Below, one piece after another: positions 11,707-24,468 of a stretch of DNA of 64,000 bases. Below the pieces are notes generated by a model. The model was given only the letters and a program-made list of their open reading frames with translations. It made no database searches and was not told where the DNA came from. The DNA lies in contig NC_043026.1 in the NCBI RefSeq assembly GCF_006345805.1, forward strand, positions 1,736,001-1,800,000, given 5' to 3'. The position numbers and the translations under genes were made by a program. The DNA is from Octopus sinensis (taxonomy: Eukaryota). Numbering within the stretch: position 1 is the stretch's first letter; every line of letters begins with the position of its first letter.

Positions 11707-13275
11707 TAAAAAGATATATAAATATTTATTTAGATAAACAGATATATAGAGACATTTAAATAAAACAGATATACAGAGAAGCAGAAGGGGAATTAGATGC
11801 AGTGTACAAGAAAGAAGACTGTACTGGTTTAGTCCTGCGACGTGTATGGATGAGGAGAGTTGCATAAAGAAGTGCTCATCACAAAGTGGATGGAACTTAT
11901 AGAAGGTGGAGACCCAGGATGGCATGGGATGAACTATTGAAGGCCAACCTCAAAACACTGAGCCTTATGAAGGAGATGACAAAGGACCAAGATATCTGGA
12001 GTGTTGTTATGCTCAAGAAGACTTGAGGAGACAAAAAAAAAAACAGGTGTGGAATTCATGTTTTCTGCTTCTTATTTTATACATGTGTGTATATATATTT
12101 GTATGCATTTTTGTGTTTATGTTTGTCACCCATCAATGCTTCACAACCAGTATTGGTTTATTTATGTTCCCATAAAGTAGCAGTTTGGCAAAAGAATATG
12201 TACTAGGCTTAAAAGAAAGATAAATACACTGGTGGAGACCTGTTGAACCAAGTGAAATTATAGACGTGGCTGATGCCAGTACCACCTGACTGGCTCCCAT
12301 GCTGGTGGCACATAAAAAGCACCCACTACATTCTCAGAGTGGCTGGCATTAGGAAGGGCATCCAGCTGTAGAAACCTTGTGAAATTAGATTGGAGCTTGA
12401 TGCAGCCGCCTGGCCTGCCAGTCCTCAGTCAAACGATGATGACAACGGTTTGATCTTGGTGGAATTTGAACTTAGAACATGCAGATGCACGAAACACTAC
12501 TAAGCATTTTGCCCGGCGTACTAACATTTCTGCTAGCCCACTGCCTAAATAATAATAATCCTTTCTATTATAGGAACAAGCCCTGAAATTTTGGGGGAGA
12601 GAACCAGTCAATTATATTGACCCCAGTATGCAACTGGTACTTAATTTATTGACCTCAAAAGGATGACAGGCAAAGTTGACCTCGGCAGAATTTGAACTCA
12701 GGACATGATGATGGTCAAAATACCGCTAAGCATTTCGTCCAGTGTGCTAATGATTCTGCCAACTTGCTACCTTAATGATAATAATAACATAGGCAGAGGT
12801 GTGGCCAAGAAGTTTGCTTCCCAACCACAAGGTTTTGGGTCTGGTCCCATTGTGTGGTGTCTTCTACTATTGCCCCTTGTTGAACAAAGCCTTCTAAGTG
12901 GATCTGTTAGATGGGAACTGAAAGCCCATTCTATACTCTGAGTATGTTGTATTACTGTCTCCTTTCCTTGATGATGTGTAATAGCTGTAAGCGAGTGCCA
13001 CTGTCATACAAGCAGTGTCCTTTGTATCCAGTCTTCCATGAACACGTCAGGTCAACAGACAAGGGTTGGTAACAGAAAGGCTATCTGTCCATAGAAAATC
13101 CACCTCAACAAATTCCATCCAACACATGTGAGAATGGAAAATCAGATGTTAAAACGATGATGAATATACTCTTTGGAAAACAATATGAGCAAATAGTCTT
13201 TGATCCTAGATCTCCTCCGATGGGATTTACAGGTGTTTAAAGAAAAAAACATTGACAAAAGGCAGTCTTACTTAC

Positions 13276-13341
13276 CAGCTGTTTCAAATCACTGTACAGC
13301 TCACAGTCATAGAGCCGCTTCACATTCTCAAACAGACTCAT
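13276..13341 (-). CDS. ANAPC7: Anaphase-promoting complex subunit 7, first coding exon (MSLFENVKRLYDCELYSDLKQL)
   Basis: ATG at 13341; exon 13276-13361 has acceptor ttgcag and donor gtaagt, phase 0. Peptide aligns by eye with the APC7 N-terminus (MNVIDHVRDMAAAGLHSNVRLL) and joins in frame to the next exon. Confidence 0.85.
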
Positions 13342-14145
13342 TTTGCTTGGTTTGATACAAACTGCAACAGATACATTCAGACATATATATACATATATAC
13401 ATACAAGTGTAAAAGCCGCACTCCATGCGGACTTTTAATGTAGCTCTTGTAGAGAGCTAATTGGGCCCCCGGTCCAAAACTATGGTATTTATTAGAACTC
13501 TACCAATATGGTTATTATTTTAAATTCAGTTTTAATGTAAAACTTGTAATTTCACAAATTTTTTGAGTTCTTTTAAAATTTGAAATTTTAACTGTTAGCA
13601 TACAAAATATCCTCATCCAGACCTGATCCTAATGCCAGATGTTCAAAAACCAAATGGAGTGGAGATTTTCAATCCCAGGACCACCCTGGTTCCAAAAAGG
13701 TATGTGTCAATGTAGACAGAGATACATGGGTCCCAGACAGACAGACAGAATTTTGCATTTATTATCATAGATATATATATCATCATCATTTAACATTTGT
13801 CTTCCATGCTGGCATGAGTTGGATGGTTTGATAGGATTTGGCTAGGCAGAAGACTGCACCAAACTTTGCTGTCTGTTTTGGCATGGTTTTTACAGCTGGA
13901 TGCCCTTCCAAATGCCAACCACATTAGTGTGGACTGGATACTTTTTACATGGAACCAGCACTGGCAGGGCCCCTAAGACAAAGCTCCTTTGAGAAGCAGT
14001 GACTTTGTGCCAAGTAATGAAAGGTTAGAGTGTGGCAGAGAAACAGAAGCATGTCTTGCAGTAGAGCATGCCTTTTATGTATAACCAGCATGAGTGCTTT
14101 TGCATCTCACAGGCATGGGTGTCTATCTATCTATGTATATCTATC

Positions 14146-14212
<67 letters not shown>

Positions 14213-14300
14213 AGAATTCACGAAAAAAAACAAAAGATGAAGACAGGTGGTGTACAAAACAAACAGATGTATTAGTATAACACTTGGGAACTGAAAAAGT

Positions 14301-14336
14301 CTTTTACGTTTCGAGCCTATGCTCTTCTACAGAAAG
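14301..14336 (-). ncRNA. Minimal hammerhead-like motif (A6U variant)
   Basis: Minus strand cttt ctgtaga a gagc-atag-gctc gaaa cg ta aaag. Confidence 0.55.
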
Positions 14337-15608
14337 GGACACAGAAAGAAACAAGGAGAGAAACATGCATACATATGTATATATCAAAATAAGCAACAAG
14401 AACATCCAGAGGTAATGCATTACCTGTGGATATCCTTGTTGCTTATTTTGATTTTAATCACCTTATTTTGAAATTGTATGGATAATACCGTACTAAATTC
14501 TGGTGCAACTTAAGTACCATATTCATCTGAATCTAAATTTTTTAATATACATAAAGATATATGGGTGTGTGTGTATATAATTCCAGCAACATCACAGTTG
14601 ATGAGATAAAGAAATATTAAGTGCCAATCTCTAAACGTGGAGAGAATGTGTGGAAGGGGGTAGACCCAAAAGAATGTGGGATGAAGTGGTGAGAAAGAAT
14701 CTTCAGATGTTGGGCCTCACAGAGGAGATGACAAAGGGCTTAGACTTCTGATACCTTGCTGTACTTGAGAAGACATGCCAATCTAAGTAAAATTGTTGCT
14801 GTCTATGCATACAGGCATATCCTCTACATGCCTCTCTCAGGCAAGAGATCCTAGTCTTGAGGGCTCATGGGCACTGGTGCTATGGAAAAATGCCTGTGCC
14901 AGTGCTATGTAAAAGCATCCATGATGCTGCCACTTGAAAACCCCCAGTACATTCTGTAAAGTGGTTGGCATTCCGAAGGGCATCCCACCATAGAAACCAA
15001 GACAAATGGAGCCTTAGCAGCTCTTTAGCTGGCCAATTCCTGTCAAATCGTCCAAACCATGGAGAACGGATGTTAAATGATGATGATGATGATGTACATA
15101 CAATTAGTGCTTGAGGCTGACTTGAAGCCTAAAAGTTCAACTGCAACTAAAAGCAAAGATATTACAGCTGCATAATCAAGACTGGCTCCGAGCAGTTTAT
15201 CAATTGAGTAGGTACAAGCATAAATAAGTAAAACAACTGGTTTCAGGTGAGGCTATGACATTTATATCTTTAACCCTTTGGCATTTAAAATGGTCATATC
15301 TGGTCCAATTTATGAAGAACTGGCACTCTGTGAAGGTGCAGCGCTTAGAGCATTGGACTCATAAATTACGAGCTAATGAGTTTGGGTTGTGTTATTGAAC
15401 AAAACACTTTATTTCATGTTGCTCCGGTTTACTCAGCTGTGGAAATGAGTCAAGATGTGACTGAGCCAAGCTTTATAGGCCTAAGAGGGGGGGGGGCATA
15501 GGGGACTGCTGGTCTTCATTAAACAACCTCACCTGGACTTGTGCCTCGGAGGGAAATTTTCTAGGTGCAATCCCATGGTCATTCATGACTGAAGGGAGTC
15601 CTTTCTTT

Positions 15609-15661
<53 letters not shown>

Positions 15662-16916
15662 TATATATAGTATTCTACCACAGTATAACTATGCTTATTT
15701 CCATGTTACAGAAGAGAATACATTGTGACTATCCTAGTCCCAGTGTACAAAACACAGGAAGTACTTTACAGAATTGTTGATTCTAAACCAAAATTGCAAC
15801 AAGCTGAAAATAGCTGTGGAATTTCTCCAAGTACCGCTAGTGATATAAGTGTACACAATGTAAACTAGGGGTAGGCAAGAGATACGGTGGAATTAAGGAC
15901 AGTATAACAGGAAGGAGGGTTTTGAATGCAGCAGATGCAGAGGAACGGTTATCAGGAAGAGCAGCCGTGAAAGAAGGCCCAGAAAGATCCATCGTGGTGG
16001 ATAGCTTCCTTTACTGAGGTGAGCTAAGCAGCTGCAAAGATGGGTATCCTGGAAACGATAAGAACAGGGTATTATTATCACCTTTTCTGAGAAGTAAAGG
16101 ATTCTCTCAGAGTAGAGGGAAGAGCATAACATGTTTATGTATGAAATGTGAAATTACACGGTAACGAAACCCGAGTAGTGAATATGCAGGATATAGAAAA
16201 GGGCTGGAAAGAAATGTGGTTAGTTCTGTGGAAAGCAAAACGAATGAACTGAGAGGAATCCAGACATGAAATGCATTTGGAGAACAACGATTGGGAAAAG
16301 ATGTGCTAAACGATAACAAGCGGAGGAGAATGGCCAAGAAGAACGGGCCAAGAGACGGAAACTGGTCTCAAGAGGCTGAACCATTCAAAGGAGATCATTT
16401 TTTTGAAATCAAAAGTGGCTAGAGACGGTGTTGGAGAGGCCTCATGCAAAACCATGCAAAACCCGATGTAAAATGATGAAAGTTACAAAGGTGGTAGAAG
16501 TGGATGGAGAAAGGTTAGAATATTTGCGCTTTAAGCCCAAAACCCACCCAAGTGAATGACTTTGGCTTCTATCCAAGAAGAAACAGTGATTCGTAAAGCA
16601 GGTTCCATGCCAGCATCCGTTGAATCGATTCCACATGTGCACGTGTGGTTGTGGAGCAGTCATTATACTGTTGCCATACGTTTGTGACCGTTAGGCCATT
16701 CTATGTATATTTAGCATCGGTTACAGGCAATTACAATAGCTTCTGAGACCCGAGTGCGATCCTGGGTCCATGCAGGCCATAAAGATTTGTGACCCTCGGT
16801 TAATAAAGGAAACCGTTGTGACATCATTTAAGTGGAGTTGCCCGTCTAGGTGTTTGTGTGTGCGTATATAAATACAAATAGCTGTGTGTATAATCAAAAG
16901 TAGACAATTTTCTCAC

Positions 16917-16990
16917 CTCAACAGCTTTCTTGGAACCTTCTTCCGTTCGTCTCCACTTGAAATCGATCCTTAAACCACACCACTATCAGA
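16917..16990 (-). other. ANAPC7: Candidate non-coding first exon of ANAPC7 (5' start uncertain)
   Basis: Strong minus-strand donor gag|gtgaga at 16916 after non-repetitive sequence; needed because the ATG exon begins at a splice acceptor. Confidence 0.45.
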
Positions 16991-17190
16991 TATATACACA
17001 CACGTATTATGTGCGTGTGGAAATATGTATATACAAGTATAAAGAGGATTAATTACAACAATATATATATAATCTGTCTATATACAAGTCGGTATGTTTA
17101 TATATGACTCACTAATATCTGTAGAAATCTAAATTTACAAGAATAATTACAACGGTCTTCAAAGTCGACGACGACGACCATAGACACATG

Positions 17191-17232
<42 letters not shown>

Positions 17233-17399
17233 GAATGTATGTGCGTGTGTGTGTGTATATATATATATATGTGTGTGTGTGTATGTATATATATATATAT
17301 ATATGTATATATATAGATATAAACACACACACAATCCTAAATTCAAATCGGGTTCTTCTCACTGCGTTGTAATTTGCGCCACCGAATGAGAGCGGCGCT

Positions 17400-17485
17400 T
17401 TTCCCTCAATCACCGATGGGTGATGTTAAAACACGAAACGGAAACATGTCCAAGTAATTCGATCCGCCAAGGGACGAAACTTCAG
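17400..17485 (+). other. PTRH2: Candidate non-coding first exon of PTRH2 (5' start uncertain)
   Basis: Donor cag|gtatgg at 17486 at the edge of the CpG-richer region; the ATG-bearing exon at 33759 starts at an acceptor, so an upstream exon is required. Confidence 0.45.
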
Positions 17486-17655
17486 GTATGGCGATTTCTC
17501 CATATATATATATATACAATAAAAGCAATTAAGATTCAAGTCAATTCTAATGAATTCACTTGAATGCGGTACTTAACTTAGATGCACCAGAAAACTATAT
17601 GGTGTTAACCAATACAGTAGTGTGGGGTGATTATAAACGTATATATATATATATA

Positions 17656-17807
17656 CTTTATTTAAAAGCAGCCGAAAATTCAACAAAACCTGTTACTCTG
17701 AGTTTCACGTACCCGTTCGTCGGACAGTTTTTGCTAGAATCTGTCCGACGAACGGGAACGTGAAACTCAGAGTAACAGGTTTTGTTGAATTTTCTGCTTA
17801 AATAAAG
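17656..17807. repeat. Long near-perfect inverted repeat (about 70-bp arms, 13-nt loop)
   Basis: Core arms 17674-17727 and 17741-17794 differ by one mismatch. Confidence 0.95.
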
Positions 17808-18044
17808 CATATTACTCTACCGCTGGTATTTTAGTACTCTTTTTCCCACCTTGTTTCACATTTATGTGTTTACTCCGGTATATATATATATATATATGAA
17901 TAAAAAAATGGAGTTAACGCAGGTTTAATCAAATATTTTTACTTTCGACACATGTTTCGAAAATTCCACTGATACTATTCAAAAGAATAAATGGAAAAAA
18001 ACGAAATTCGTCAATAAGACATTTTAGCAAAATATATATATATA

Positions 18045-18530
18045 ACCGTTATAGGCAACATGTGGCTCGCAAGACTTCCTGATTTTTTGTTTAGCTTGTG
18101 ATGATCCATGTATCATGTGGTCCATTTCTAGGGAAAAGATTACCCTTGCCTGGACATATAGGGTCGAGTGGTATTCCTGCAGATGTGTCCCCCGCCCGAA
18201 TTTGTTGCCACATACCTTTCCAAAAATGGATATGTTTAGGTGAAATTTTCTACAAATATGCTTCAGATGGTACAGATTCTGATCAGATCGGAAGTTGTGG
18301 GGAAAAAAATTTCCGAGGGTGGGGTGAGGAGTTTCGGAAAATTCACATGAGTCGGCTTTCTTTACCCATAACTTTTAGAAAAACAGGTAATTTTTTAATG
18401 AAATTTTGTATAACTTTCAGAATGTGTAGATTATATCGGTATTTAATTTGGAAAAGAAAATTTGGTGGGCTCTTACACGTACATACTGACCTATGTCACA
18501 TATCTAGAAAGTGAAATTTGACATTTCGAA
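18045..18530 (+). mobile_element. Helentron/Helitron-like non-autonomous repeat (unclassified)
   Basis: Composition and motifs (cccataacttttaga, tgaaattttg) typical of such elements; termini not resolved. Confidence 0.35.
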
Positions 18531-18574
18531 AGAAATTGTGATGTGTGTCAGTATGTATGTGTGTGTGTGCTCAC

Positions 18575-19150
18575 TGTGGTGGAAGGGTAATTGGCCGGAA
18601 GGCAGAGACAGAGATGATGCAAGATTGAAAGGGTCAAGATGACGTCATGTTGGCGAGCGACAAAGAAAGTCTCCCTCTCTTTTGGTTGTTAGTGGTAGAG
18701 TTCAGCCGAGGCAACACATGATAACATCTGAATGCTCTGCCCGCGCTACTTCATTGCAAGTCGAGATAAGACCAACTCTATTTTCGTGCCCTTAAACCAC
18801 AAGCTATTTCGGCACGTTGTTACCAGCCGTAAGGATACGTCCAAGAAGTAGATTTAAAAAGTTTTTTCTGTTGTTCTTATTCTTCCTCAATTTTTTGCAA
18901 TGACTACAAAAATCAGAATCGGTAGTGATGTGTTGAGACCATTCACTGGGGAAGGCGATGTGGTGACCAGATAAGACTCATGGCTAAGCTGCAGGGAACA
19001 GAAGACGTGGATAGCCTTATGCTGTTGTACCTAAAAGGCAGTGTGCTGAATCTCTCCTTGAAGACGAATGAAGCGGACCAAGAGAAAGTGGGAAAAATTG
19101 AAGAGTGGCTAAAGGATGCTGACACAGAGGGATCTTTTAAAGCCTACAGC
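18575..19150 (+). mobile_element. LTR-retrotransposon remnant (possible LTR plus gag fragment)
   Basis: Peptide AKLQGTEDVDSLMLLYLKGSVLNLSL...KIEEWLKDA resembles gag N-termini of invertebrate gypsy-type elements; upstream segment starts with TG. Confidence 0.45.
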
Positions 19151-19621
19151 ATGGGTGCATCTTATGCAGCACCGACACAGTAGTGCTTTTTATGTGGCAC
19201 CAACACAGACGTTTTTATGCAACACTGGTCCAGGTGCTCCCCATGTGACACTGGCATGAATGCTTTTTATGTGGCACTGAAATGGGGGCTTTTTACATGG
19301 CACTAGCATCTGCAAGCTCGCAAGACAAGGACCTTCTGGATGAGAGAGGGAATGGAAGAATAGGTGTAAAGGACATACATGGATGACCACAATTTTACTT
19401 AGCTTGACATGTCCAAATTGCCAGAAGTCTTGGTCCCTTGTAATCTCCTCAGCATGGCCCAACATCTGGAAATCTCTCTCACAACTTTGTTCCATGTTTT
19501 CCTGAGTCTACTCCTTCAACTAGTTCCTTCCACAATTAGACATTGGAACTTTTTTATGCAGCTGTCCTCATTCATTACACATTTGCGTGTATGCGTATGT
19601 ATATATACATATGTATGTATA

Positions 19622-20602
19622 TCTATTATATAAATCCCGTTCTGTCTCTGTGTGTAAAAGATTATAATGGCTGTATTTTTCAACTGATTTTCTCCAAACT
19701 GGGAACATACATTAATTATGTTCCAGGGATGGTTTTAGACTCTTAACATTTTTCACATAATGAGTAACGGGCCCCCTGGGGGCAGAAAACACCTGTTCCT
19801 GGGTTATGTGGAGAACGGAGGTAACTCTTTGTGAAATAACTTTCAGAAATTGATTGTCTCCCTTTTGGCCCATTGTATTAAGAAATATAATTTCTGTTAC
19901 TCAGTTATTTTCATTGTTTATTATCTTCTACACCCGTGTATTTCTGTATACTTATGTAACCATGCCTAGAAGGAAAGAAATTTGTCTGCAATGTCAAGGT
20001 CAGCCAAAAGAATGTCTCTGTGCAGGGAAAGAGAGACAGCTGCAGAAAGGGAAGCATACCAAGAAACGAACAGACCGTGCACTACAAAAGCCAGAGCATC
20101 TCAAAGTGATGAACAGAGGTATGCATGGCTGACAAGGAATAGGATCTCCACTGCAGAACGAAGAGCAGTTGCAACAGCTCAGAGAAGCAACTTCTCTGAA
20201 GCAGCTTTCAATTATGATCCAGCAGTTCATTGTGCAGGTGACACTAGAGTTTGCATTGGTGCAATGACAGCTGAGTGCATCCACTGCAGAGCAAGGAAGT
20301 AGCCTGGAGAGACACCTGCACTGTGCTGCAGTGGTGGAAAGGTTCAACTCCCTGCAATCCCCCAACCTCCAGAGCCAATGAAGAAACTGTTGTCATCAAC
20401 TGACCAAGATTCCAAGCAATTCCAAAACAAAATTAGACAATACAAAGCTGCATTACAGATGACATCATTTGGAACCACAAGAGATTTATCTGATCCGGGA
20501 TTCAAGCAAACTTTCAAGATCCAAGCTCAGATTTATCGTCGGATTGGCTCTCTACAACCTCTGTCAAATAAATCACCAAAATCAGCCTTTCAGTGTTTAT
20601 AA
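19622..20602 (+). mobile_element. 5' fragment of an autonomous Helitron with disrupted RepHel ORF (ATG 19962)
   Basis: A|TC 5' terminus; frameshifted peptide with CIHCRARK*PGETPALCCSGGKV zinc-finger-like motif, IRQYKAALQMTSFG and TFKIQAQIYRRIGSL, typical of the Helitron Rep N-terminal region. Confidence 0.85.
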
Positions 20603-20859
20603 TCTGTAACCTGTTTTTTGGTTACGAAATAAGCTACACAAAACGTGTTTTTGAATTACATGTATTTATATACATATATGGATTGAAAATTTTCTTTTCA
20701 CATTTCACTTAACGTCTATGTTCCATGCTGGCATGGGTTAGAGAGTTGTTAATCTAGAAAGCTGGTATCTCAGATACTAGCAGCTGAAACCTGCTTAATC
20801 TAGACGGCATTTTAAAATTTCATTATTCTCTTTAACAATGCCAGGTATTTCTGCTAGTA

Positions 20860-21420
20860 CACACACACACACACATACATACACACACACACATACATAC
20901 ATACACACATACATACATACATACATACATACATACACACATACATACATACATATGTACATACATACATACATATGTACATATATACATACATCATACA
21001 TACATACATACATATGTACATATATACATACATCATACATACATACATACATACATACATATGTAAATACATACGTACGTACATACATACATATATACAT
21101 ACATACATACACACATAATACATACATACATACATACATACACACACATACATACATACATACATACATACACACACATACATACATACATACATACATA
21201 CATACATACATACACACATAATAAAGACCCCCTTCGGTCATGAATGACCATGGGATTGCACCTAGAAAGTTACCCTCCTAGACACATAATACATACATAC
21301 ATACACACATAATACACACATACATACATACATACATACATACATACATACATACATACATAATACACACATACATACATATGTACATACATACATACAT
21401 ACATACATACATTTGTAAGT
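20860..21420. repeat. (TACA)n array interrupted by a 60-bp repeat fragment; similar pure array at 32522-32760
   Basis: Directly visible. Confidence 0.97.
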
Positions 21421-22550
21421 ACGTATGTATAATGGAATGGAAGGTTAAAGATACCTGTGGAGTATCTCCTCCCATTATTATTATTTTTTTTTTCAGTTTT
21501 AAGGAGCTGGAACGGGTCACCAATCTGTAATGTACATGTGAAGTGAGGTGATGAGAATGGCTCCTTAGTACATCACACGGTCGATACAATGAATATAAAT
21601 AGAATAATGCATATATGTGCCAGAGGGAAATAAGAGACACGACCGGGCAGAATGTTTAAGAGAAGGTTTATCGATATGTTAACATGTGCGCATCATATAT
21701 ACAGAATTGTAGGCAGGCCGTCCTAAAAATAAGATGTATGCATGTGTATGTGGGCATAGATGTATGTGTGCTAAGAACATATAAGGATGGCAATGAAGAA
21801 GAGACAGCAAAAGAGTCTGTAGCCATCGAAGTGAGAAGTTCATAGACACAAGAATGACGAATACCAGTTTGTAGTCAATTGTACACGATAGTTGAAATAC
21901 TGTATCAAGATGTTGTGGCTGTGATGCAGAGCCAGTTGCAGCACATGTCAAATGTGAAGTTGTGGCTGTGATGCTGCTGCCTGGGTGACTTGGTACAGGA
22001 GTTCTTGAAGTTTGTATATTCTCTGTTGATCCATGGTGAAGGAATTCATGAACAGTGCAGTGTTGTAACCAGGGCGAGTTGCTTGTTGAGGTGTGTATGT
22101 AGAGAGATGTTGGCATTAGGACGATGGTAGCAACGGAGATGGAGGTCATCAAATGCTGTTGGACGAAGCTGGTGAATCTCCCTGTGGCTGCTGTTGTGTT
22201 GTCACTGGAACTGGCGGTGTCTTGTGTGGTCAGTGGCTAGACCTTAAGGGTCTGGAACCAAAAGACATTGAGACAAGGAGAAGCTAGAGTTTTATAAGAA
22301 ATCGTAGGCTCAAAGCTGGTTAGAAAACAGGGTGTCACACATGACCTTATTAGAAGGCTGCGATTGGTTGGGTTGCATATTGACGCGTGCTAGAGTAAGA
22401 GACAAATTGCGCCAATACCAACCAATCAAAGTAGTGGATACAATGGGGTCCAAAATGCAGCCAAAGGCTAGATGTTATCTACTACATTCGTATGTATGTA
22501 TATATAATAGAAAGGAAAGGAATTTCACTTGAGTCTATGTATCATATGTA

Positions 22551-23698
22551 TCAGGCTGAGTAAAAAGTAAGCAACGTTTTGAAACATGGAATTCATCAGA
22601 ATATATTTCAACAATGCAGAAATTTTATCCATCAAGGTAAGTACCATTACAATCAACAGATTTTTGCCAATGAGTTACAAGTTACAAGTTTGTTTACTCT
22701 GGTAACATAAAAATCTGGTGTCCTGGAGCTGATGAACTCTTTGAACACACATTCAGCATCACTTTGATTTTTGAACTCCTTCTCTCGCATGAAACCATCA
22801 AGGTACCTGAAAAATTGGTAGTCAGTAGGAGAAAGGTCTGAGAAATAAGTTGGGTGGGGAAGAACTTCGTAGCCAAGTTCCTTCAACTTTTGGAGTGTCA
22901 TTAGTGAAACATGTGGCCGAGCATTGTCATGAAGAATTATTGGCCCCCTTCTGTTGACCAGTCTGGGATGGAGGAGTAGCAGTTTTTCATTCATTTTGGC
23001 AATTTCACGATAATGTGTTTCTGCAATAATGGTTTTTCTGGGTTTTAAGAAGTTCTAGTGGATGCGCCCGGGAAGGTTTTCAGTGCTTCATTTTGGTCCA
23101 ACCACTGCAAAGAATGTTTTTCGATATTGTACAGATTCCACTTTTCATTGCAAGTTACAATACGGTCGAGAAATGGATCTTTTTTGATTTTCCAATCGCA
23201 TGTAAATGGTTACAAGCAGTTTTCTGGTTAACTTGAAATTCTTTTGCCAGTTCTCAAGTGGTTTTATGCGGATTTTTCTCAATGATGGTCTTTAATTGAC
23301 CGTCATCAATGACAGGTATGGTGTCCACTATGCTCGCAATCTTCAAGGTTCAGGTCTCCACTGAGAAATCATTTAAACCATTTTTGAGCTGACCATTCAC
23401 TGGTCATTTCCTCACCAAATGTTTCGTTGATATCGTGAACAGCTTCAGCTGCTTCACATCCCTTCTTGAAGTTGAATAGCAAAACTGCTCGAATATTGCA
23501 CTTTGACATTTCCATTTCAGATGATTGTAACAATGGTGTAAAAAACATCAATGTTAATTTATTGATACATTTGGGCAAGTCTATGTCTGTATTATCAGAT
23601 AATTGCAAAAAAATGTTTAGAAAAAATTCAAAACTCAGCAAAAATCCAATACAAATTCTTTGTGGTTCAAAATGTTGCTTACTTTTTGCTTGACATGA
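22551..23698 (-). mobile_element. Full-length defective mariner (D,D34D) transposon, copy 1
   Basis: TA on both flanks, about 30-bp imperfect TIRs (tcaggctgagtaaaaagtaagcaacgtttt), transposase motifs PFLDRIVTCNEKW, LHDNARPH and DLSPTDY with 34 residues between the last two Asp; stops and deletions. Confidence 0.93.
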
Positions 23699-24328
23699 TA
23701 TGGGTGTGTTAGTGTCTGTCCCCATTACACTGCTTCACAACCAGTGTTGGTTTGTTTACATCCTTTTAATTTAGTAGTTCAGCAAAAGAGATAGAATAAT
23801 TACCAGATTTAAAGCTAAGTGCTGGGGTCAATTTGATCAAATGAATGCTTCAAGGCAGTTCCCCAGCATGGCCGCAATCCAATGACTGAAACAAGTAAAA
23901 AGATAAAAGTTATCAAGAAGAACTTTATCCTACCACAAAGCATTGCTCTGTGACCTCAGCCATGGATTGTAATAGATACTGATTATTATAAAGACAGACA
24001 ATATGTTGAGTGTTGCTTTTGAACTTTGAACTACATTTGTCAGTTGTAGCACCAGGCCCTCACTCTCAGATTTTTGGCTATTAAAGGTCCTCCTCAAAAG
24101 CTATGGTCCTCAAACTGATGAGTATCAGTCCCCTAATCCCAGTATTTGTGAAATACCCCTGCCCACGGCTTATTAATATAAAAGCAAAATAGGCTTTCCA
24201 CTGGTACAGCATATTTACTCATGTAGAATCTGTACCCTAATTTATATACACTTACAGCTTTTGTTAAGCTATATATAAAAATAACCACAAACAAGAAGTG
24301 TTGTTTATTCTGCGTTAATCATCTACAA

Positions 24329-24364
<36 letters not shown>

Positions 24365-24468
24365 GAGAGAGAGAGGGGAGAGAGGAGAGAGAGAGCATGA
24401 GCTGCCCTTTAATCTTGAGTCTTGTTTGCCACCAAACCAGAAGTCCCTTTTTTGCTACTTATTCAATA

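Larger units (their letters stand above)
16600..17490. promoter_or_regulatory. Putative bidirectional promoter region between ANAPC7 and PTRH2
   Basis: Locally many intact CpGs (gtcgacgacgacgac, gcgccaccg, gagcggcgc, acgaaacgg) in an otherwise CpG-depleted window; outward-facing splice donors at 16916 (minus) and 17486 (plus). Confidence 0.5.

Noticed and set aside
15860-16640. Coding exon(s) in the purine-rich stretch next to the promoter
   Set aside because: All frames are interrupted and I recognise no domain; probably an old retroelement remnant.
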